A program made the position numbers and the translations under genes. Positions 17,106 to 26,323 of a stretch of DNA of 54,891 nt are shown one piece after another. The DNA is from Spirochaetales bacterium (GTDB taxonomy: Bacteria > Spirochaetota > GWE2-31-10). Location of the stretch: assembly GCA_050872545.1 (NCBI GenBank), contig JBNMHA010000003.1, forward strand, positions 1 through 54,891, written 5' to 3'. Every line of letters starts with the position of its first letter. Within the stretch, counting starts at the first letter, position 1. The notes beneath the pieces are model-generated. The model did not search any database, was not told the DNA's origin, and saw only the letters and a list, made by a program, of their open reading frames with translations.

Positions 17106-19196
17106 ATGAACATTTCAGTAAAGCATTCTCTGCCGGGACGAATCCGGATTGGCTACAATAAGCGTGAAGTTACTGCAAAACAGGCAGCTTTAGCCCAGAG
17201 TTTACTTTCAGAGCAGGATGGTTTGACAAACGTTTCCGTGAATTATGTTACGGGAACGTTTCTCATTTATTATGATCAAAAAAAGTTTTCTGAAAAGAAA
17301 ATAAAAGCATATTTTATGGCTCTGTCTGATAAATATCTGGATGATAAAGAACTTCTTGATTCAGTTCCTGAGCCTCAAAAACAGGAAAATCTTTTGTATA
17401 CATTGGCACTGATGACGGCGTCATTCTATTTGAAAAAGCTTCTTCCTGTTCCTATAAAAATATTGCTTAGAATATATGAGCTTTCTCCGCGAATTTTAAA
17501 AGGCATTAAGCTCGTTTCTTCCGGTAATGTGTTTAAGTCGGATGTTCTTGACGCAGCAGCTATTTCAATGGCTTTGATAACCGGAGATGCAGGAACGGCT
17601 TCCAATATCAACTTCTTGCTTGATGTAGGCGAAACAATCGAAGATTTTACTAAAAAGAAATCTTACAATGATCTTGCAGATAAGCTTATATCCGACAATG
17701 ACCCGGTTCAGCTTGTTGAGGGAAATATGGAAAAGAAAATTTCTTTGTACATGCTGAAAGTAAATGATACGATAGTTGTCCGTACCGGTGCAATGGTTCC
17801 GGCAGACGGAACTGTCATTCGCGGTGAGGGGCTTGTAAATCAAGCTACAATAACAGGCGAACCGCTTGCCGTTGAAAAACGTGATGGAGACACAGTTTAC
17901 GCAGGAACAATTGTTCAGGAAGGCGAAATTTACATAAAAGTTCGCGCTGTAGGAAGTCAAACAAAAGTTCAGAATATTCTTACAATGATAGACACATCTC
18001 AACAGCTTAAAGTTTCTTCGCAGATTCGCTCCGAGCGGCTTGCAGATCAGCTGGTTAAGTATAATTTTATTCTTTCTGCGGTTGTTTTCTTGTTTACAAG
18101 AGATATTTCCAAAGTTATGGCTACTTTAATGGTAGATTATTCATGCGCAATGAAACTTGCCGCTCCGATTGCGGTTTTAAGTGCGATGAAAGAAGCAGCA
18201 GGGCATGGAATAATCGTGAAAGGGGGAAAATTCTTGGAAGATGCGTCTGCGGCTGATACTGTGGTATTTGATAAAACAGGAACTCTTACGGAAGCTTCGC
18301 CTAAACTTTCGCGTATTATTGCGCTTGATGGGCGTGATGAAAATGAGGTTTTAGCTGTTGCGGCGTGCCTAGAAGAACATTTTGCTCATCCTGTGGCTTC
18401 TGCGATTGTACATGCAGCTAAAGACAAAAAACTTCAGCATCCGGAGGAACATGCTAAAGTCGAGTATATTGTCGCTCATGGAATTGCATCTTCGCTTAAA
18501 GGCAAGCGGCTTCTTATAGGCAGTAAGCATTTTATTTTTGAAGATGAACATGTCGAATGTCCAGAAGAACTCGGTACGATTCAAAAAAATGCTGTTGAAA
18601 ACGGCGAATCGCTGCTTTACCTTGCGGAAGAAAATCGCCTTATCGGAATATTTGCAGTTACCGATCCGGTGCGTCCCGGCGCAGCGGATGTAGTAAAAAA
18701 GCTACATAAAAGCGGAATCAAAAATTGCACAATGATTACAGGTGATGATGAAGGTGCTGCAAAAACAGCCGCCGCACTTACAAAAATCGACCATTATATT
18801 TTTCATGCATTGCCGGAAGATAAAGTCTCTTACATAGAGAAACAAAAAAAGGCAGGACATAAAGTCATAATGATAGGCGACGGTATAAATGACGCACCGG
18901 CTCTTGCGTGTGCAGATACAGGTATTGCGATGGGAGATTGTGCTGCTATTACCGGCGAAACTGCCGATATTGTGCTTGCGTCCGATGAGGGACTTGAAAG
19001 TCTTTATAAGACAAGGGTTATGGGACAACGTCTTATGCGGAAAATCGATACAAATAACCGATGTATTGTTGCGGTAAATTCAGCTTTGATGATACTTGGT
19101 CTTATAGGTGTGGTCACACCGTCCGCAGCGGCACTTTTGCATAATGCGTCTACTGTAGCATTCAGTGTGAGAGCTGCAAAACCGTTGTTAAGGTAA
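17106..19196 (+). CDS. Heavy-metal translocating P1B-type ATPase (SCA-motif subgroup)
   Basis: HSLPGRIR N-terminus, TGE, DYSCA, DKTGTLT, HP, GDGINDAPAL, HN in last TM. Confidence 0.95.
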   Translation: MNISVKHSLPGRIRIGYNKREVTAKQAALAQSLLSEQDGLTNVSVNYVTGTFLIYYDQKKFSEKKIKAYFMALSDKYLDDKELLDSVPEPQKQENLLYTLALMTASFYLKKLLPVPIKILLRIYELSPRILKGIKLVSSGNVFKSDVLDAAAISMALITGDAGTASNINFLLDVGETIEDFTKKKSYNDLADKLISDNDPVQLVEGNMEKKISLYMLKVNDTIVVRTGAMVPADGTVIRGEGLVNQATITGEPLAVEKRDGDTVYAGTIVQEGEIYIKVRAVGSQTKVQNILTMIDTSQQLKVSSQIRSERLADQLVKYNFILSAVVFLFTRDISKVMATLMVDYSCAMKLAAPIAVLSAMKEAAGHGIIVKGGKFLEDASAADTVVFDKTGTLTEASPKLSRIIALDGRDENEVLAVAACLEEHFAHPVASAIVHAAKDKKLQHPEEHAKVEYIVAHGIASSLKGKRLLIGSKHFIFEDEHVECPEELGTIQKNAVENGESLLYLAEENRLIGIFAVTDPVRPGAADVVKKLHKSGIKNCTMITGDDEGAAKTAAALTKIDHYIFHALPEDKVSYIEKQKKAGHKVIMIGDGINDAPALACADTGIAMGDCAAITGETADIVLASDEGLESLYKTRVMGQRLMRKIDTNNRCIVAVNSALMILGLIGVVTPSAAALLHNASTVAFSVRAAKPLLR

Positions 19197-19237
19197 AATG
19201 GATATTATAAGTATGTGATTGATTTTGATAATCTCAA

Positions 19238-19290
19238 TGAAGTGTACCCCAAAATTTTTGGAGACAATTTTTGAAGGTACACTTTTTTTT
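19238..19290 (+). repeat. Inverted repeat plus T-run; terminator, resembling an IS3/IS150-type end remnant
   Basis: TGAAGTGTACCCCAAAATT...AATTTTTGAAGGTACACTTTTTTTT; no transposase follows. Confidence 0.5.
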
Positions 19291-19314
19291 ATGCCTATGC
19301 ATATTCTTGCTAAT

Positions 19315-19354
19315 AAAAAAGCGTACTCTGGGACTTTGCGTCTTTGAGTACGCT
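19315..19354 (-). terminator. Intrinsic terminator
   Basis: AGCGTACTC / GAGTACGCT stem flanked by A6, downstream of the minus-strand gene. Confidence 0.7.
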
Positions 19355-19374
19355 CCTTTTACAGAATGTAAAAA

Positions 19375-20739
19375 CTATTTCTTAACAGCTGAAAAGAAAG
19401 AAATTTGATAATAAACATCGTTTTTTTCAAACTTTTCATTTTCATAATACCAAGATTCATCTATATAAATAAGAAGTATTTCATTATTATTCTTCAAAGT
19501 AATAGAATCGCTTCGGTAAACATCCTCTCGTGTTAAGCCTCTCTGCTCGCATTTTACATTTACAACATGTTCAATCCATTCGGCTTCATTTGTTTCATTC
19601 CACTCAACAGCATAAATTGCAATAAGACTATCATTATCGCCCCATTCCTCTTCAAGATATGCGTCATCAGTTGAATCAAACAGCTTCATTTTTGCCTCGT
19701 CTTCAGAACAATCAAATGCCTTTACATAATCAGTCACTGCCTCCTGCCAGCTGTCCGCCTCGTAATAAACTCCGTCCTCATCACTGTCAAAAGACACTGC
19801 GCAGTCATTACTTTCTGTAGTGAAGAAATAAAAATCATGATCCGCATTAGGTATTAATTTAATTTTTTCCAGATACGCTTTATAGTCAGAATAATTTTCT
19901 TTATCATTTTCATGAACATAAACCATGCAAATTCTGGCTTTTTCTATATTTTCAAAGCCGGAACGAGTAAAAATATCTCTGGAACTGCTTTCACTTTCAA
20001 AGTAATAATTAATTTTTTCACCGTCTTTCACATCGGCAGATACATCCAGCTCCTCAGAATAAAGCGATAATACATAATCTACCGCGTGCTGCGGCCAACC
20101 GTTTTGGGTAACATAAATTACTGATTCTCCGGCAGGTGTATTGCTGTCGTAATAATTGTACAAATCAGAATCATTCAGCACAGTGAAATTATTTATGCCG
20201 ATTTCAGTGGCTACATTTGCAGGACATGTAAGCTCGGCTGCGGTAATATTAGGCGTATCAATGTTGACATTAAAGTTAGCAATTGAAAGATTGGTACCAC
20301 TTTTTGCCGTAAGCGACTTTACTCGGCAGCCTATAAGATTTGCCTGCGGTACCGAAGCCATAACGCTGCGTGTCTGATTGCTCTGTAGCAGCAAATCGGA
20401 AATATTTGAGTTGATAATTGTAAGATTACTTCCTGAATTAACAACATTTTTCACAGATGTAACATTCTGCAATGTTACATCTCCGTCCGTTATTTCCAAT
20501 GAAATTCCATCCAGTGTTCCGTTTTTTAGTGTTAATCTTTTGTTAATCACAACTCTTGTATCATCAGCAGAAACATCGGATAAATCTATAATGTCGTCGA
20601 CTGATGACTTGTCTATCAGTTCTTGCAATTTTCCGCTTTCAGCGTAATTTTTATTTGAATTATCGCTTTTTTTACTTCCAGTTGAATCACATCCAAACAA
20701 AATCATTAAAATTAAAATATAAAATACTTGCCTTTTCAT
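19375..20739 (-). CDS. Acidic lipoprotein of unknown function
   Basis: MKRQVFYILILMILFG-C lipobox; beta-rich N-half, D/E-rich C-half. Confidence 0.75.
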   Translation of the reverse strand: MKRQVFYILILMILFGCDSTGSKKSDNSNKNYAESGKLQELIDKSSVDDIIDLSDVSADDTRVVINKRLTLKNGTLDGISLEITDGDVTLQNVTSVKNVVNSGSNLTIINSNISDLLLQSNQTRSVMASVPQANLIGCRVKSLTAKSGTNLSIANFNVNIDTPNITAAELTCPANVATEIGINNFTVLNDSDLYNYYDSNTPAGESVIYVTQNGWPQHAVDYVLSLYSEELDVSADVKDGEKINYYFESESSSRDIFTRSGFENIEKARICMVYVHENDKENYSDYKAYLEKIKLIPNADHDFYFFTTESNDCAVSFDSDEDGVYYEADSWQEAVTDYVKAFDCSEDEAKMKLFDSTDDAYLEEEWGDNDSLIAIYAVEWNETNEAEWIEHVVNVKCEQRGLTREDVYRSDSITLKNNNEILLIYIDESWYYENEKFEKNDVYYQISFFSAVKK

Positions 20740-20962
20740 TTTTTACTCCATTTGTAAATGTTTTATCTAAAAAAGATTTCTTTTTCAATACAAAAAGCAT
20801 AAAAATAATCAGAAATTCAATTTATAGCCCTCTATTTCCGAGATTATGCTTGAATAGAATTGTTACTCGGCGTTGTGTAATCTTTCTATTTGTTTGTTTG
20901 TTGTTGTTCTCTATAGATAACGTCAGCTATTAAATGCCCGTTTAATTTCAGCTGTCGTTTGT

Positions 20963-20994
20963 ACCACCGGAGTTTGTGTCGGTGGTCTTTTTTT
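20963..20994 (+). terminator. Intrinsic terminator with no sense gene upstream
   Basis: ACCACCGG-loop-TCGGTGGT followed by C and T7. Confidence 0.6.
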
Positions 20995-21072
20995 ATCCTC
21001 ATGTTTTTTTAATGTTTCCATAACAAAGAAAATGCATTATGCTATTCATTGCTTAAATCAAAGGAGAATTAT

Positions 21073-22284
21073 ATGTTCAAGAAAATTGTTTTATTCATAT
21101 TTTCTGTTTTGTTAATGGCTTCATGCGGCGGAATCGAACTGGAAGAACGCACAGGAAGCGGTTCGGAACTTAAAATCAAACCTGTCGTAACAACAGAAGA
21201 TTCCAACTTTCCGGGAAAAAGCAACAGTGCAAAGGTCGAAATGATATGCATTGATTTCCCGGAAGTCATTTACGATTCTATTGTACTGGGGGAAGATGTT
21301 GAAGACATAACCGTTGAAAAGAAAGTTTTCCCATACAAACTTGCAAAATATGAATTAAGCTACAATGTTTGGCGCATTGTTTATAAATGGGCAACGTCGG
21401 AAGAACGTGGCAGTAGAATTTACACATTTGAAAATGCCGGTGCGGAAGGTGCATACGGAGCTTATATCCTTTTCAATGAAGGCGGCGCCCCACAATCTGT
21501 CGGAATGCCGGTAACGGGAATAAGCTGGCGAGACGCTGTTGTCTGGTGTAACGCTTTCAGCGAAATGTGCGAACTAGAGCCTGTTTATTATATAGATCCC
21601 GGCTTTTCTTCACCTATCAGAAATGCTGTACATACAGACGGTGCAGATATTAAAAATTGTCCTCTGCCGTATTCCAGTCTGGCAAAAGAAGTCGATATGA
21701 ATTCATTGACAAAAGGGAAAATAGACAATCCTTATGTAAACAAACTTTCCAATGGCTGGAGACTTCCTTACGATTATGAATGGGAATATGCAGCACGAAA
21801 ATGCAAAGACGGCTCGTTCCTTTCCGGCAGAAATGTTCCGGGCGATCCGAATGGTCCGGCTTACGGTTCTGCCGCACCATCATTATTAGACCAGATTAAA
21901 GGAATTACGGAAGCAATTCCGTCATCAAAAAAATCTGGTGATTATGCTTGGAACAAAAATAATTCAGCCGGTAACGGAACAAATTCAACGGCTGCAGGTT
22001 GGGATGACAGTACACCTATCTGCGGCATGTCCGGTATCAGAATGCACAAACAAGGCGACAAGCTTCCTACAGAATTAGGCTTTTACGATATGGGCGGAAA
22101 TGCTTACGAATGGCAATTTGATTACGGAGCCGCTTACAATTGGAAATATGAACTGTATCCGTCAAGAGCATTGCGCGGTTATACATATCAATGGCCTATA
22201 ACCGATAACTTTGCAGCCGCAGCAAGATACATCTGCCCGCCTTACGTAAAAATGGGCGGAATCCGCTTAGCCAGAAATTTTTAG
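21073..22284 (+). CDS. FGE-sulfatase (SUMF1/CLec-fold) domain lipoprotein
   Basis: SD AAGGAG; lipobox LMAS-C; PVTGISWRDAVVWCN, GWRLP..EWEYAAR, LGFYDMGGNAYEW, C-terminal GIRLAR. Confidence 0.9.
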   Translation: MFKKIVLFIFSVLLMASCGGIELEERTGSGSELKIKPVVTTEDSNFPGKSNSAKVEMICIDFPEVIYDSIVLGEDVEDITVEKKVFPYKLAKYELSYNVWRIVYKWATSEERGSRIYTFENAGAEGAYGAYILFNEGGAPQSVGMPVTGISWRDAVVWCNAFSEMCELEPVYYIDPGFSSPIRNAVHTDGADIKNCPLPYSSLAKEVDMNSLTKGKIDNPYVNKLSNGWRLPYDYEWEYAARKCKDGSFLSGRNVPGDPNGPAYGSAAPSLLDQIKGITEAIPSSKKSGDYAWNKNNSAGNGTNSTAAGWDDSTPICGMSGIRMHKQGDKLPTELGFYDMGGNAYEWQFDYGAAYNWKYELYPSRALRGYTYQWPITDNFAAAARYICPPYVKMGGIRLARNF

Positions 22285-22340
22285 ATTTATCAAATACATT
22301 TACATTTTTCATTATATGTTGTTTTAATGGGGGTAGAACT

Positions 22341-23201
22341 ATGAAAAATCGCTTTCTTATTCTAGCCGTACTGTTCATATTTTTGTCCTGTGATTTTTGT
22401 AAACCTCTAATAGATTATGAAAGAAAACCACACTGTGAATACAATCCGGAAAAAGCAGGAGCTGACATTATAAAGAAATATTACATTATGGATTTATTCC
22501 AATTTTTCCACTCTTATTTAATTACTTTTGATGAATGTAAAGGGAAGCTTTATTTCAGTGCATATTCTAATTACGATGACGATTTGGACATTTATATTTT
22601 TGATAAAACGACTATGGAGTTTGAAAGAAAGGTACATATTCCACTATCTCTAAATTATTTTTCTGTCAGTAATTTTACAATACATAACAATAAAATACTA
22701 TTTCTTGCCAGCAATAAAGAAAGTAAGAAAATATTTTTTTTCTCTATAGACTTGTCTGATAATATTTTAAAAGAAATTGATACTATTGAGACTTTTGGAC
22801 TGAATATCAATGAAATTGGTTACTTTGGTGTGGACAAAGCCACAGACCAACTTTATTTAGAGAAAAAGGAAAAAACACTTCAATTTTTTACTTATAATAA
22901 GGATAGCAAAACATATAATGCAAGTAAATCTGTAAGCATAGCCGGTTACAATTCATATAATTTTTGGCTTTATGGCAATACTGTATATAGATATTTTTCA
23001 AAAATAGAAATAAGCGGAGATTGTCCAGCTTATATTTACATTCACAATTTATCTGACGTGTCTGTTATAGAAAAAACGATAGATTTGAATTACCTTAATT
23101 CTGTGGCTGTTTTTGATATATTGTACGACGGTGAATTTATCTGGGCAATTACAGAAGATGAAAATTATAATGCACTGCTGCTGAAACTTAAACTGCTGTA
23201 A
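22341..23201 (+). CDS. Hypothetical lipoprotein (beta-strand rich, possible propeller)
   Basis: MKNRFLILAVLFIFLS-C lipobox; low GC. Confidence 0.7.
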   Translation: MKNRFLILAVLFIFLSCDFCKPLIDYERKPHCEYNPEKAGADIIKKYYIMDLFQFFHSYLITFDECKGKLYFSAYSNYDDDLDIYIFDKTTMEFERKVHIPLSLNYFSVSNFTIHNNKILFLASNKESKKIFFFSIDLSDNILKEIDTIETFGLNINEIGYFGVDKATDQLYLEKKEKTLQFFTYNKDSKTYNASKSVSIAGYNSYNFWLYGNTVYRYFSKIEISGDCPAYIYIHNLSDVSVIEKTIDLNYLNSVAVFDILYDGEFIWAITEDENYNALLLKLKLL

Positions 23202-23223
23202 GAATACAACGTTTATTGCTCCG

Positions 23224-23272
23224 ACACAAAGGGACAGTCTCTAATTCCAAAACAGAATGTAGGTCTGTCCCT
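23224..23272. repeat. REP-like palindrome (degenerate copy)
   Basis: ACACAAAGGGACAGTCTCTAATTCCA...GGTCTGTCCCT; similar to 54561-54613. Confidence 0.7.
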
Positions 23273-23280
23273 ATAAACTG

Positions 23281-25356
23281 CTACTTTTTATTGTCTTCTG
23301 CTTTATCAAAGTAAAAGCCGTCTTTCCAATTAAAGCGGCAAGTCTGCTCCAAATGGCGGCTTTCGTTTATGTGCTGCAAAATATCACGGTACAAACCTTT
23401 GGAAACTTTCATTCCCGTAAGGTCTGCAAAAAATTTCTTAAAACCGCGTTTTTTTAAATCATTTACCTTATCTGTAATCGCAAAAGGTGTCTGCGGTAAT
23501 ACGGTAATTTTTTCTTTGCCGTATTCTACAGAAAATTCGTAATTGGTCTGCACATCTTTCAAAAATTTTTCATGAAAATGCTTGTCCAACCGGCTTATAA
23601 TCTGAAAAAGTTCGGGATATGCAAAAATCGGCACTATAATATTCTGATTTTTTATATGTTCCTGCACTTGATACAAATTGCGTTTATTGTTTTCCAATGG
23701 CGATACAAAGTTGCGTACATTCTGTTCCGCCAGAAACGCCGCCGCAAAAGAATTAAAAACATATAAATACGGTCCGGCTATCCGCTCTACAGGAAAACGG
23801 CGCAACAAATTAAGCTGTCCGTAATTATTCGCCATAAACTTGTTGAAACCTCTGTCTACAAGCTTTTGTGCTGCGGAATTCCAGAAATTACACGCATTTT
23901 CATCGAAATATGGCTCCAAATAAATAATTACATCATCAGGTTTAAACTGAGTTTTTGCAATCGTACTCAAAAATTCATCAATATTAGCGGATGTTACCGG
24001 GAAAATAAGGTAATCGGGCTTTTGAGTTTGAAGTGGGTAAATATCGGCTGCTTTTCCTACTTTAACAAATATTCCATCTTTTAATTTCAGCTGTGATTTA
24101 GGAACGCTCGGCGATAAAGCTGGAACCGGCGTAATTCCCGGATGATGACGGTATTTTTCCAAATCAGCACCTATAATTTTCTCGTATGGCTTGTCAAAAT
24201 CCTGACGTGACACAAGAAAAACTCTGTCACCTTCATTCGGAAGCGGCTTTTCATCGGTAAGCCGCAGCGTAACTTTTTTATTTTCAGCTGCTGTTACTTT
24301 ATAAGTTTCACGAGAGCTGTCATCTTCCGCTTGTATTCGCAAATGGTCGCCGAGTTGCAATTCCGCATTTTTTGCTAATGTAATTACCGCTTCACTGTTG
24401 CCGGACTGCACATTTTGTATCGAACCAAGCGCAATTCCAGTCTGACCTGATTTTTCCGGACTTATAATGTCGTAATTTGCCCTGTCCATAAAAAGGAATT
24501 CTGTTTTATTGCGTGCAAAATCATTCTGCAAAATTGCAGCTGCCTTTTGAAAAGCTGCGTCTCTGTCGTTCGGATATTCATCAATCATTGTTCTGTAAGC
24601 ACGCACTACTGACGCAATATATTGATGTGATTTCATTCGACCCTCAATTTTCAGACTGTTCACTCCGGCATCTTCCAATTCCGGAATGTACTTTATTAGC
24701 TGCAAATCATCCAGTGAAAAAAAGAATTTTTTATCAGCCGGATTCGCTACATTTGCATACAAACGTCGGCAAGCCTGAGTACAACGCCCACGATTTGCCG
24801 ATTTGCCACCAAAATAACTTGAAAACAAGCACGCACCGGACAATGACACGCACAATGCACCATGGCAAAAAACTTCCAGTTGGGCGGATGTGTTTCGGCG
24901 AATTTCTTTAATTTGCTGCAAATCAAGCTCACGTGAAAGAACTACACGGCGAAAATTCTGCCTTGACCAAAAATTAACGCCCTCCGATGATGATACATTC
25001 ATTTGTGTAGAACAATGCAGACGCAAATCTGGGAAATATGCATTTGCCATAGCTGCCACTCCCATATCCTGCACAATTAAACCGTCCGGTTTTACAGCTG
25101 ATAAGTATTTCAAAAAGTTATATAGTCTTGAAGTCTCATGCTCTTCTATTACCGTATTCAATGTAACGTAAACTTTACGCTTCATTGTATGAAGGCGGTC
25201 TACTGCACATTCAAACTGCCGATATGCAAAATTTTTTGCGCGCGCTCTCGCATTAAAATCACGCAGTCCCAAGTAAACAGCATCTGCGCCTTCACCGATT
25301 GCAGCGTCAAGAGCCTCCGGAGAACCGGCAGGAGCCAGCAGTTCAATTCGATTCAT
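23281..25356 (-). CDS. Peptidase U32 family, long form (RlhA-like RNA hydroxylase)
   Basis: ELLAPAG, GADAVYLG, HCSTQ, HGALCVSLSGAC...NRGRCTQACR, LKIEGRMK; 691 aa. Confidence 0.88.
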   Translation of the reverse strand: MNRIELLAPAGSPEALDAAIGEGADAVYLGLRDFNARARAKNFAYRQFECAVDRLHTMKRKVYVTLNTVIEEHETSRLYNFLKYLSAVKPDGLIVQDMGVAAMANAYFPDLRLHCSTQMNVSSSEGVNFWSRQNFRRVVLSRELDLQQIKEIRRNTSAQLEVFCHGALCVSLSGACLFSSYFGGKSANRGRCTQACRRLYANVANPADKKFFFSLDDLQLIKYIPELEDAGVNSLKIEGRMKSHQYIASVVRAYRTMIDEYPNDRDAAFQKAAAILQNDFARNKTEFLFMDRANYDIISPEKSGQTGIALGSIQNVQSGNSEAVITLAKNAELQLGDHLRIQAEDDSSRETYKVTAAENKKVTLRLTDEKPLPNEGDRVFLVSRQDFDKPYEKIIGADLEKYRHHPGITPVPALSPSVPKSQLKLKDGIFVKVGKAADIYPLQTQKPDYLIFPVTSANIDEFLSTIAKTQFKPDDVIIYLEPYFDENACNFWNSAAQKLVDRGFNKFMANNYGQLNLLRRFPVERIAGPYLYVFNSFAAAFLAEQNVRNFVSPLENNKRNLYQVQEHIKNQNIIVPIFAYPELFQIISRLDKHFHEKFLKDVQTNYEFSVEYGKEKITVLPQTPFAITDKVNDLKKRGFKKFFADLTGMKVSKGLYRDILQHINESRHLEQTCRFNWKDGFYFDKAEDNKK

Positions 25357-25424
25357 GATAAACCATCCTTAAAAAAAATTGAGAATCTTCCTTAATTAAT
25401 CAGAACAAAAGATAAGTTAATGAA

Positions 25425-25799
25425 TTATTCTTTTATATTTAGCAAATAATAATTTTTCAACGCCCTGAAACTTTCTTCGCTTAAATCATGCTCCAGTTTA
25501 CACGCATCTTGGCACGCGACTTCTCTATTAACACCAAGAGCTATAAGAAATTCCGATATTAAATTGTGACGTTCATAAATAGGTTCTGCAATTTTGCGTC
25601 CCAATGTCGTCAATGATAAATGTCCATTATCCGCAACTCTCACAAACCCGGCTTCTTTATAATTTTTCAGCGCCACGCTTACTGTCGGTTTAGAAAAACC
25701 AAGACGGCGTGCTAAATCAACCGCATGAACTTCTGAAAGTTCTTTTTCAAGCATTAAAATAGTTTCTAAATAATTTTCTACAGTTTCTGTAATTGTCAT
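25425..25799 (-). CDS. DtxR/MntR family metal-dependent repressor
   Basis: ENYLETI, DLARRLGFSKPTVS, YERH, DACKLEH. Confidence 0.95.
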   Translation of the reverse strand: MTITETVENYLETILMLEKELSEVHAVDLARRLGFSKPTVSVALKNYKEAGFVRVADNGHLSLTTLGRKIAEPIYERHNLISEFLIALGVNREVACQDACKLEHDLSEESFRALKNYYLLNIKE

Positions 25800-25845
25800 A
25801 GCAACCAATGTAACATAAAAAACTGCAAAATAGAATCGATTTTTC

Positions 25846-25898
25846 TTGACAAAAAAGTTAGTTAGTAATAACTAACCTGCATGATTAGCTAATCCTAA
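25846..25898 (+). promoter_or_regulatory. TTGACA plus two tandem DtxR/MntR-type operators
   Basis: TTGACA at 25846; GTTAGT-AATA-ACTAAC at 25861-25876; TTAG-CTAATC-CTAA at 25885-25898. Both fit TTAG-N6-CTAA. Confidence 0.75.
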
Positions 25899-26323
25899 CT
25901 AAAGGGAAATAAAAGAACTCTAAGTATCGAAGAAACTAATGAAATACGGGGGAATGCGGAGAGGAAAACAAAAAACAAATAAACTTGAATTGCAATTTAC
26001 AGCGCAATGAATGTTTGAAGCAGGGCAGTCTGAAAATCATCCGGACAGCCTAAATTAACAGAATAAAACCTTTCTTCTTTGATGGAAGAAAGTTTTTAAA
26101 TGGTGCAGATACTTTAACAATAGTTTTTTTGAGAGTTACACTATTTCAAAAGATTTGTGGAAAAACAAGACACTCCTTCTTCTAACTTGTAATTTTACAA
26201 CATCACGTTTCTTTTGGAGTATCTGCAAACCATTTTTTATATGGAACAAATGCCGGAATTAACAGCAATGTGTTTTTTCCGGCATTGTTCAAAATTTAAA
26301 TCTATTACAAAAAGGAATATTAT

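Noticed and set aside
21073-22284. Diversity-generating retroelement
   Set aside because: No reverse transcriptase, avd or template repeat in the window.
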